64,000 bases of DNA, taken from positions 9,193,612 to 9,257,611 of the forward strand of contig CM082594.2 in NCBI GenBank assembly GCA_040954595.2. Direction: 5' to 3'. Every line of letters starts with the position of its first letter. Position 1 is the first letter of the stretch. Below the pieces are notes generated by a model. It saw only the letters and a program-made list of their open reading frames with translations. It ran no database searches and was not told the origin of the DNA. This stretch comes from Balanoglossus misakiensis (taxonomy: Eukaryota > Animalia > Hemichordata). Position numbers and translations under genes: made by a program. Positions 37,630 through 48,500 of this stretch are shown in pieces.

Positions 37630-40600
37630 TCAGTGTTCGGGATCGCTGACCAGTGGGGTCGTTTCTTCTTCATTGTCAGTTATGCCATCAACAACAGCAC
37701 CGTCCGACGGACGTATTCTGTTTTCATTGTCACTTGAGGCAGTCTGGGTTTCTGCAACACCATCTCTATCACTATTTACATTTACACTAGTAACTTCCCC
37801 ATTCTGGCGAGAGAGAAAAAACAAAAGCATTTCATGAAGAGACAACTCTCAAAAAAGTTTTATAGATAAATTGATTACTTTTGAAGATGATGGTTTTAAC
37901 AGAACAGTTGTCCTAAGTTAAAGTCAAATCAAACAAAGCAAACACTTGCATATGATCAAGAAAGTAAATTTGTTATTATAACTTTGAAAAAAAATTGCTG
38001 CCCATTCCATTCGGATTCAAAATTAAGAGCAAGAATAAATTTATTGTGATGGATAGACCCTACTACTCACGCAAAGTCTTACGTCATTCATTAGTGCTTG
38101 TAGTAATGTCAGGGGGAGTGTTAGTATCATTAGTACATGAATCGTCATCTGTGTTGGAATCTGATTGGCTAATGACCATCTCCTGATGACACGGTGAATG
38201 ATATGAAACATTCAACATCGAAAAAAGGTGAAAAAAACAAACAAACAAACAATGAAACAGAAAATAATGAAATGGTGTTTGATTGGTGAAAAAAGTCACA
38301 TGATATATATCTCAGTAGCAGAGTCAATTTTTGTTCTAACACTTCTGCTGATAAAAAAAACCCATGTTGATTAAATCCTTAGTTTTAAAATGTAGTGTGA
38401 TGGATACCCAGAGATGACATAATGTGAGGGTACAGAGTTATAGCAGCCTACGTTTATCAATGAAAATGGCTATTCACCCGTTGGCCTCTCCAAAGATGTT
38501 TCAGCTCCCCTCTTTTCCAGCCAATCACACAGGTTGTACCAACAGTACAGGGCACAAGGTACAGCAATGCTGGTTGGCCAGTCTTCATGAACATCAGTGC
38601 CACAAAGCAGATCACTAGACCAATGGCATATGCTGAGAAGAGATGTGTACACACTGGATTCAGATTCAGATTCAGATTCAAATATATATTCACTCTTCAG
38701 AATGTTATGCAGATTCAAAATGAATCACAGTCTATATGATTCCTTCTAATGAGACATTAGAAATATAAACTTAGACTCATTCCTGACTGTTTAAACTTAC
38801 CTACAGTATTTGCAATGTAGTAAAGTTTCCCTGAGTGCACTTTGAAGTCAAATCGGCAAGCATACGCTACCAGTAATCCTGTCAAGAAAAGTAAGTAAAG
38901 AGTTGAGAGTTGGACAAGTGTAACATTTAGTTCTTCACTCAGTGTGATGCAGTGATGTTGAAACTTGACCATTAATGCTTCTGCCAGCTTGTCATTTGAA
39001 CAGAGGGGCAGCTATCATATTTAATACAGTTTCTAGTCCCTCTACTTGGTCAAATCTTACCTGGTACTAAAATATCTCCAAATCCCAGCAAGGAGTATTG
39101 TACTCCGACACACATTGTGTAAGGAGAGTAGGCAAATCTTGGAACCTTCAGGACAATAGGAATCTGTGCACAAAAAAGTAGAAGCGTTCTGTAATCCCAT
39201 GCATACTGAGTTACTGACACATGCAAACATCTTCTGTTTGCTGAGGAGTCAACTGTTCTACAGTCAGTGGTTTGGATGCTGTGATAAAAACAGGAGTTTC
39301 CCCAGCTCGCCTTGGACGAATAAGGCAAATTTCACTCACCTGTTCCTTAGCTCCTCCTCCTCCTGTAGCAACTTGAACCATTACACTCTCACCACTCTGA
39401 AATACAATCGTGGAATGCACTGTATTTTTAATCTTGTTTCGAGATGTTCAATTTAAATGATGTTAGTAGAATCAAAGATACAGTGTGATGTTGCAGAGGA
39501 CGTTAAATTTTCCTGTAACACACTCACCTTTGTCATATATGGTGTGATGAATACAAAGAATATATCATATAAAAACAGCACAACCAGTAGTATGAAGCAA
39601 ATCTGAAAAAAAATGACAACACTGTTCATTTGCAAACTTCTTTGTGTTTGAAAACCAACCTTAATCCTGCCCACAGAACATTTTCAAGAATAAAACTTGA
39701 TTCATTTCATTACAGAACAAAACCATACCAGAAGGTTCTCTGGGAGACCCGTTTTGTAATTTTCAAGCTACCTGATCCTCCATATTGCCATGGCAACTCA
39801 CCTAAGGCTGGAGGGTTACCATGACAATTAACTCAATGCCTCAGAGAACATTGGCTCTGTTGCTATGACAAACAATCCTTCATGATTTTTGTCTGTAAAA
39901 GACAAGGAATATATATATTGAATAATAGTGACCACATCACTTACCTTGAAGTTTGGTAGTCTTATAGTTTTCAGTAAATGAATGCTGAATGCGATTCCCA
40001 TTGTATCCTGCAGAATCCAGGCCCACTCCTCGTGCCGGAAGACAAACCACACTACACAGAAGCCCACTGACAGGAAAGCAAGGATTATACTACGGATTTC
40101 AGCTTGCATACCACAACACCGTTCCTTCGGGGGAATTCTAAATGAGATCAACAGTAAGAATAGTCTGAGATTCTCAACTATGAACAGCCTACAGCAGAGA
40201 TATTTTAATACAATGTTGTGAAGTGCTTTGTTAATCACGTGGGTATTGTTATAATCCATTTTTCTCACAATATCTTATTACAATGTACACATTTGTGTGT
40301 CAGTGTACTGGTATTAATGCTAGAGTTCACAGACATCTACCATTCAAACAACTGGTTTTGATTACCTGTATGCACCAATCGGAATCTTCCTTACAAGTGG
40401 CACTAGGCATGCATGTATCCCTCCTGCAGCAGCCATACAGAACAGGGCTATGATAACATACACTGCAAAGGAAAAAACATAAAATCAACCACTAAAGCTA
40501 GATTCACAAACTTCACTGCAAGGAATTTTTCAAGTGAAATATTATGCGTGAAAAAGTGTCCCTGACAGACAACTGAGTGGAAACTCACCGATGTAATCAT

Positions 40601-42446
40601 AGAAGAAATACAACAAGAGTAACATTGATATGATCATGACGACAAACACCAAAACCATGACTGCACTGATATCCATCACAGGTTCTTCTTCTTCCTCGTC
40701 CGACTCTGCTTTGCCACCTTCTGCGTCTCCATGGCGAAGTCTTAACATCTTCTTCTTGTCTCTGGAAGACAATTGAATGATACTGTCAAGTTAAGAGAAA
40801 GAACTGTCACAGAATATACATGTACTTCATCACTCATGAAAATAACGTTTGTATGGCAGGCTGCATATAAAGTTCATGGAATTATGTCATATAGTTTCTA
40901 AGGAAAGATAACTTACAAACTATGAGATGTGAGACCAGACCAATAAGCGCCAATGGCTACAGTTCCGACTGCCATGCTCCAAATCAGAATGAGATTGTAA
41001 TCCACTCTCTCCCCTTCTACTGGTGCATACATGGCAGCTGCTAAGTTATCACCTTGAGTCTGTCAGGGAAATTAAAGTGACAAATGTCAAATGTGATGAA
41101 GTCATCTACAGCACTGTAGCACAGACAAGGTGCCAACATGTGTAAATCACTGTTGTTGGGCTCCTTCACTGTGAAGGTTTAGGATCAGGTATTTGAATGT
41201 TCAGAGTTCTCTGCTTCACTGACCTTAATCTTTTCTGCATCTTCCATCGATATGACAGCAACAGGGATGTGGATCTCCTCAAACTCCCCAGCACTCTCAT
41301 TGGCTGATGGTGTGAACTGCAATAGACCAGGTGTTACATGTTTACTATGCTAATTACTGGTACATGTATTAAAGTACACTCCAAACTTTCAATTGTAGTT
41401 TATGTATTTCAAATGCACATTTACATTGGAAAGTTTGAGAGCTACGGATAAAATCTTACCGCAATTCCATCAGTTGCGACCACCAGCCCCTCCCCTCCAT
41501 TGTCTTGCACAATTTTAGCCCGATCAAAGAATGAACAATTCCTCTGTCCTCTGGCTGCTTGCACTATCTTCTGCTCCAGTTCTCCTGGATTTTCCGGTGT
41601 CTCACATAACATTGACGGCAACAGATCTAAATACGGGTGATATTTCTGCGGGGAAAATCAATTTTTGTTATGTAAAATATAAGGTTTCACATTGATTAAT
41701 TAATAACAATCAAGTCTAAATTGGTACACTCACCACCTCAGCCAATGTCTTCGGCAGCTCTTGAAACTCTGGATTGTACATCAGACAATATTCTTTGCCA
41801 GTGTTGCCCCCATCCTTGACATTCAATAAGGCGTATTCTGCTGTAACCTGGGCAACGGTATACAGCGTGACATCATTAACATGACGAATAAGAAATGCTT
41901 TGTTACACAATCGCCAGACATTTATAATAATAGTCATACATTGTCGCCATGCCTTGAACCATAATTATCATCACGTGACGGATTTGTCACAGCTGCCGCC
42001 GTATCAATATACGACTGCACACAAAGGCATACTCAATGAGTCATACGTGCAACACTGAATTTGAAATACGATCATTTCCCTTTGGGGGAACACTGAATTG
42101 TAAAACTTAATCACCCTCCTTGGGTTGGTTAAGCCACCCTATCGATTTACCACATCGAGAACAATCGCTGTTTACAACCATTAATAAATCACGGCTCCGG
42201 GCGCAACGAGGAAATCAGCCGATGCAAGTGACTGATGATTGATCGTGAGTTGGACGATCGCGGAACCTGAAGATTTTGTGAATCGCGGATTGCTACTCTG
42301 TTTTTGATCAAATCAACCTATCCATACTTTTAAGCACATCATCAAATCACACGTCAGTCACTTTTTAAACTCATTACACATCACCATACCTGAGTGATGA
42401 AGAAAATTGCCACGAACAGCGACACAACCACAGCAGATGCAGCCAT
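37630..42446 (-). CDS. SPPL2: Signal peptide peptidase-like 2 (SPPL2A/B co-orthologue), GxGD intramembrane aspartyl protease, about 14-15 exons
   Basis: Signal peptide MAASAVVVSLFVAIFFITQ, PA domain (RGQRNCSFFDRAKIVQ), WAWILQD, LFLYDIFFVFITP (YD), LLGFGDILVPG (GxGD), GQPALLYLVP (PAL motif); GT-AG exons. Confidence 0.95.
38658..38684. repeat. (GATTCA)n hexanucleotide repeat in an SPPL2 intron
   Basis: gattcagattcagattcagattcaaat. Confidence 0.7.
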
Positions 42447-42699
42447 TTTGACATCAGCTCAGGTCAATGAGGTCAATGGAAGGCCCTTTAACTTTGTAAA
42501 ATAGATCGAGGTGGTTTACAAGACGGAACCTTCCTGTTTCTGAGGTTAATTGTGACCTACTAATATTCATTTTAGCAGGAAATCGTGTTCCAATCGTGTA
42601 AAGGAAATATATTCGCCTGTTGAAACCTTGTTTTCGTAGTTTGTGAAATTTTATTAATTTTTAGTAAGTTAAGTACTCCAGTATCAGCCCGAACTCAAG
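42447..42699. promoter_or_regulatory. Bidirectional promoter between SPPL2 and LSM7 (253 bp between start codons)
   Basis: Divergent ATGs at 42446 (-) and 42700 (+). YY1-like AAGATGGCG and AAAATGGCT overlap the two starts; ETS-like ggaa sites lie between. Confidence 0.75.
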
Positions 42700-43781
42700 A
42701 TGGCGGTAAGTTCACAGTTGGTTATGTTCTCATAAACGCAAAGCCTGAGTGTGTTTGTGTTGGGTTTGGGAGTCGTTCGTTATTGCTGCTATGGAAAATA
42801 GAAATTCTTCCATGCTTTTCCATTGTAGTCAATTGTCTAAGTTCCCTTATATCAGTGCTCTGTTGCTGTAAATCATGTTTCCCCGTATGCATGTGCACTG
42901 ACTTCTCGACAAAAACACCAGCACACGTGATCAAAGGGAGACTGAGAGGATAAGGGAGAGATGTTCTGGTTCATTGCCATAAAGTCAGGATAGCTTTCCC
43001 CAAAACCATCTTTATTTTCCTGTAGGATGTGTGGGTTTTTTTTCACATAACACATTGCCCAGTATTCCTCAAGGCTCATGTCATAGGGTTTGTAGTGTGT
43101 TCACCAGTGTCTGTGGATGTTCTATTTTAGGATAAAGACAGAGATCGAGAAAAGAAGAGGAAAGAAAGTATTTTAGATTTAACAAAATATATTGACAAAC
43201 CAATCAGGGTGAAATTTCAGGGAGGGAGAGAAGGTAAGCTTTTGTAGAAAATATGTATAATTTATGTTCCTAGGAAAAAAGGAAATGTACAAGTAGCAAA
43301 TGCATGAAATGAGACATGCAATCAGCGCCCTCTAGCGGCACGTTTGTACTTTCTTTCTCAACCGGTGCATTCTGCTGAGTAGTGATCTACTTTTTCTTCT
43401 GACAGCCAGCGGAATTTTGAAAGGATTCGACCCACTTTTAAACTTAGTGTTAGATGGTACTACAGAATACATGAGAGGTAAGTCAAAATGTCAATCCCAG
43501 GTTTTGTTTTATGCAGAGCACAAGTTCGACAACCATATTGAATCCCTTAGGCAGTAAATTTAATTCAGTGTGTTTCTTATAAGAATAACATTACCTTCCA
43601 AGGTTATATTACTAATTGTTGTGTTTCTTTGCAAATGATAGATGCAGACGATCCGTATAAATTAACAGACGAGACAAGACATCTTGGATTGGTGGTTTGT
43701 CGTGGCACCTCAGTGGTTCTTATCTGTCCAGCTGACAACATGGAAGCTATTGCCAATCCTTTCGTTCAACAAGAAGGCTAA
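42700..43781 (+). CDS. LSM7: U6 snRNA-associated Sm-like protein LSm7. Exons 42700-42705, 43131-43233, 43406-43477, 43642-43781
   Basis: MA|DKDRDREKKRKESILDLTKYIDKPIRVKFQGGRE|ASGILKGFDPLLNLVLDGTTEYMR|DADDPYKLTDETRHLGLVVCRGTSVVLICPADNMEAIANPFVQQEG*. Confidence 0.96.
43323..43340 (-). promoter_or_regulatory. Candidate CTCF-binding site in LSM7 intron 2
   Basis: Minus strand reads tgccgctagagggcgctg, close to the CTCF core CC(A/G)(C/G)(C/T)AG(A/G)(G/T)GGC(A/G)C. Confidence 0.5.
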
Positions 43782-44618
43782 CCAAACCGAAGATGCTGCC
43801 TCTAGTCATATTTTTATTATCAGTAGTTTGTCAGCTTTTGTATGTGGACAAGTTTTTGTGAAGAACACATTCCTTTTTATAGATGTCTTTATTTCTCAAA
43901 TTTCACTTTACCCACGTACCAGTGAAACAGTGAAGTCTTTTTTTTCAACAGAAAAAAAGGTTTTCTTTGATTTTAGAAGTTGTTTACAGAATAACTGAAC
44001 GTGTGATTAAATGAATGGACATTGTTCTGGAAGTGTATAACAAAAAGTTGTTTGTCTCAAAATAGCTGCAATGATATTTGAAACTCCCCTAAGTAAGAAA
44101 AGAACACGGTGAATGATGGTTGGTCTTCAGATCTTTATTGGTTACATAGTGTCAGATAAATAAGGGATAATCTATTTACAGTTCATTCCGTACAATGTAC
44201 TACAACTATGATTTGTGATTTTCATCGCTAAAGTGTTATAATTTAACACTATATCTGAGTAAGTCTTTAACTGAAATAATGTTATGGAATGTACAGTAAC
44301 TCCTTGTTTTTCTCTGTTTGTCACTTGGCACGTATATATTTATAGATTTTCAAGTAAATGTTTCTTAAATTCATAATTTTCAGACCAAAAACAAAAACTG
44401 TCAGGAATAGAAATATCGATGATACAGGGCTATAATCCACGGACAAATCTTTCGAAATTGATGACCACCAATCAAATTTAAAATCCTCCTCATGAGATTT
44501 TGGATAATTAATAAGACAAGGGCAAAAAGAAGTAATTATTGTCAAACTTCCCCAAAACGATAGCAGTCATGAATCCAAGTTCTTTCCGCGTGCAGGACGA
44601 TATGTCAATTCTTGAAGG

Positions 44619-45269
44619 TCACCCCAAGAAATCATACCCTTCTTCTCCGTCTATTGATTTGTCGTTCATCTGTCGCCATCGTTCAATGAAACCTCGAAGA
44701 GGGGAAATGTTTTCGAATTCTCCGGAATCCAGTTCCTGGATGATGACGTCACCACGCTTGTTTCCGAATCCGCGCTTGTTTCCAAATCCCCTTTTATTCC
44801 CAAAGCCGCGTTTTCCATCTTCCTCAAGGTCGTGTAGAACGGGAAACCTCTTATTACCAAACCCTCGTTTTTCTTCCAGCCAATCGGCGTCGATGTCCAG
44901 GCGCTTGTTGCCAAATCCGCGTTTATCGTCCGTTTCCATGGCGAGGCCAAATCTCTTATTTCCGAATCCACGCTTATCGTCCTCCCAATCTCTCTTGTTT
45001 CCAAAACCGCGCTTTTCGTCGTCATCATCAGCGAAAAGTTCATCATCCCGCTTGTTTCCGAACCCGCGTTTGTTGCCGAATCCCCGCTTCGCATCCTCGA
45101 TCGCCTTTTCGTCAACTGTAAGTGGCGTCATGACGTCATCTGGTAGTCCGGTCAGTTTAAGATCTCCTTGTATGTGGATATTGGATTTGCTCGTCTGCTT
45201 TCCGATGCTTTCACTCTGCACAGACGAGATCAGCAGCCAGAGAACGAGAAAGATGGCCGGCGAAGCCAT
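44619..45269 (-). CDS. Achatin-type neuropeptide precursor, 216 aa, nine KR-GFGN-KR copies
   Basis: Signal peptide MASPAIFLVLWLLISSVQS; nine GFGN tetrapeptides between dibasic KR sites with acidic spacers. G-F-x-(D/N) is the achatin family, and GFGN is the form known from hemichordate/amphioxus-type precursors. Acceptor tatag near 45288, upstream non-coding exon (donor gtgagt near 45434), AATAAA near 44135. Confidence 0.9.
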   Translation of the reverse strand: MASPAIFLVLWLLISSVQSESIGKQTSKSNIHIQGDLKLTGLPDDVMTPLTVDEKAIEDAKRGFGNKRGFGNKRDDELFADDDDEKRGFGNKRDWEDDKRGFGNKRFGLAMETDDKRGFGNKRLDIDADWLEEKRGFGNKRFPVLHDLEEDGKRGFGNKRGFGNKRGFGNKRGDVIIQELDSGEFENISPLRGFIERWRQMNDKSIDGEEGYDFLG

Positions 45270-45535
45270 TTTCTGTTCAGAGCACCCTATAAATTAGTAA
45301 ACAAAAATACCGATATGATGCATTAAAACTTAGAATATGAGAGCCAGCGCAAATAATACAATATAATGCCTTTTCTGCTCTGCCAGGTATTTGGCAGGAG
45401 GGTAAAGTGACACTACAGAATGGAAAAAACTCACCAGCCCCTAAATCAGTTGGATTAGTGGTAACTCTTGGCAGTTGGAGATACTGCGCTGCCACCTCCG
45501 AGGAATAAACTGCCGAGAACTCCAGCAGCAACCTG

Positions 45536-45565
45536 TGTTTTATAGCACGCGTGATTGACGCGTGT
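45536..45565 (-). promoter_or_regulatory. TATA box and CRE-like half site of the achatin gene
   Basis: Minus strand gctataaaac at about 45538-45546, roughly 100 bp upstream of the exon-1 donor; TGACG at about 45557. Confidence 0.45.
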
Positions 45566-48500
45566 TATTTCCATGGATCGCTTGCCATCCACTGTTTATG
45601 GAAATAAGATTTAAATTTGATAAACGCAGGAACTATTCCCCAGGGTAAAATTTCCTGGTCAGATAAGAAATCTCCATAAATGAATTCTAAAATGTGTAAT
45701 TGAATTATGCAGGTTGTCGATTGGTAGCAGGTTGTGTACCTGCGTGTATAGTGCGTCTAGAATTGGTAATGAATAGAGACATTCGTAAAATGGAATTGAT
45801 TTTTCAGGTTCATTAATATTTCCTTTCTAAAGGAAGATTGTTAAACTATGCCCTTCACCCCACCACTCTCCCACAAAGAAGCGTGTCCCACCAAAACACG
45901 CCCGATTTTCCACAAAATGAGCATTGCGAGGTCACTGCTTTGGGAGACACGCTCACACCAGTGCTCAATGGGAGAAATTTGCAAATTATACTCCTCACGA
46001 TTTGCCTTGCACACTGACCGCATATACGACCCTTATGAAAGACACACCTGCGCGCATTTTCCTCTAGAATGCGGCCCTTCAACTCGATAGTCTTTGAAAA
46101 GAATGATTGGGAACTATTCATTTAAATACTGCCTTGAAGGGTAACTGTGTAACACTTTAAAAAGTTATTTGAGCACTTCAAAACGGAACAAATCATACAT
46201 GTACTGTAATCATACAATTTATGTCTTGTACTTCCAAACAAATTCAATAGTACATCAGAAGTACATCGACTTTGTTTTCAGTATCAGTAACTTTATCATG
46301 AAATTTTCCCTGACCTCTGATGATGACCCGTGACCCTTAATGATGACCCCCCAACCGCACTGCCTACCCAGACTTCGGACATTTTTTCTCACGTGAAAAA
46401 TCAAGTGGTGCTTGTGCTATTGAAAATTATTATCACTTGAACTTTGATATGGACCTAAACATTCAGTCAAATCGGACAGATGATTGATATTGTATTTTAG
46501 GACAAGGTCTTTCACCTCGACGTCAAGATAGGTCAAGCTGTCGCTAGCTTACAACTTTTTGGTGACAGTTTTTACGTACATTTTTCTGACTTCTTAGTAG
46601 CGCATGCGCGGAAAATTGCTGGTTGGAATCTGCCATTTACAACAATACATAATTTATGCGCATTTTTGGTGGTGATAATTGAAAACACATTGCTAAGTAA
46701 GACTGTTTAAACAAAATGTCACACGAACAAATTTAAACGTCAGCTGACACACAACCTGAGCATAAGTAAAATTTGCCTCTCGTGAAAGAAATTCTCAGCT
46801 ATGACTGAGGAATGACGTTAGGGTTTATTCTTCAAGCTTTGTCTTGTACTGTTGTGGCAAACAAGTTCCAACGTTGAAAATAACATGTCAAATACTCTTT
46901 CAACAAGTTCCATATACAAAGCAGTAAATGTCAACTATTTTTGTTGCCACTTTCTATTAATATACACCATTTCGTCTTTAATATATTTTGTCTGTGGCAT
47001 GTTTGTGTATTTCCTCGATTCTTTGATTTTAGAGTTATAATTCGCGGAGACATGGACGCTCGGTTTGGCACAGAAAGTAACAGGTCTGGCTTTGGTTTGA
47101 CCGCCCCTTTTTCTGTCTGAACCGACTTCATATCGGTTTAAAGACTGTCATTCTGAATGTCTGGAGAGATATCGAGATCCAAGGTGCAGCGGCTACCTGA
47201 CACAGTATATACACAGGCTGACAAGAGAGTCTATAATCCGCATTGAGTTGTTACCAGTTTTTTGGCATTCTAATGACATGTGTGTCAAGCGCTAGTTTGC
47301 AGTGTACACATCCCAGATAAAGGAACTGTACACAAAGCGTCCACGGCATCGCAAACTTGTAAGTTATTGCTTTTACCTTGCCAACGCATTTATCAAAGCA
47401 AACCAGAAGGCAAGGTGTCGTGTTACAGCTTGAGTGTTGTGTGCGTGGCCGAGTATTAAGGTGTGCGACCCCGGCCGTACCCGCCCAGAATTGGTAGTGG
47501 ACGCCTCAGTCACAGAAGGTATAAGATCTCGACCAGGTGGTGGACCCGATGAGTCATGCCAGATGTGAAGACGCCGGGTCTGCATTCGGCTTCACCTGCA
47601 GGGACTGGAATGAAGATTTTGTGAACTCCAAAGAGACTGCTGTATGGTCGTAGATCTGTTTTCCTACGCAGTCGGTAAGCCAGTTATTTCCTTGCTCATT
47701 TGATGCTTATCTACAAGACGTAACTGCCGGTGGGTAAACTTCTTACAAAGCGGCCTGTCGACGATATTAAAGAGTAGTGACTATTTTCTATGGAGGATAT
47801 AGATACTAGTACTACACATTTATTTTACATAAATATTTTATTGTGGAAGGAATCGCATATAAATCACTTGTAAATGTTTTTAGGGTGAAATATTGCTTTT
47901 AATGGTGATAAATGTCGAATTCATTCGCAAAAGTTGAAAGAAGACATATTATAGTTCCATGCAAATGTTAGCAGCAGTATTATTAGCAGACGACAGTATG
48001 AAGATTTTCATCTATGGAGGTAAAAGGAGAACTAGCAAATTTTCTTGCGCCATTTTCCGCACTTTGAACCTCTGTATTCATGTGTCAATATTTGATGTCA
48101 TATGCATTATGGCTGGCGAGAATTTGCGCTGTTAAAATCGTTGGCGTACTGAACTGCGCAGAAGAGACAACTGGATAATGTCATCGGACGAGGATGGACG
48201 TGGCTCCCTCCCTCCTCCCGCACACACGGAAGTAGCACGCTCCCTATTGGTGAGGAGGGCATCACCATGCACGGTGAATGGCAATCAGCGACTGTCATGG
48301 AGTTGCTCTCTTAATCGTAGGGTGCCTTGTCGTCGGAGGTTATTCAAATTCTGTCGCCTAACAGATCAGATGGAGAATGTATTGTGTTATTTATTGGCAT
48401 AAATATTTGCATATTTCAGCAAACCCTTTTAAACAAGTACTCTACTATATATAAAAAATTAGAGACATCAAAAATAGATAATTCTGCCTGCGAAAGTTAT

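Noticed and set aside
44539-45297. 252-aa plus-strand ORF with LFPNPR repeats, and the 149-aa minus-strand ORF 44666-45115
   Set aside because: Antisense and alternate-frame shadows of the achatin KRGFGN repeats.
46130-46840. Possible non-autonomous DNA transposon (similar suspicion for 19860-20460 and 9300-9990)
   Set aside because: Only a 7-bp inverted match (cttgaag/cttcaag) and no target-site duplication or transposase remnant; cannot be supported without a repeat library.
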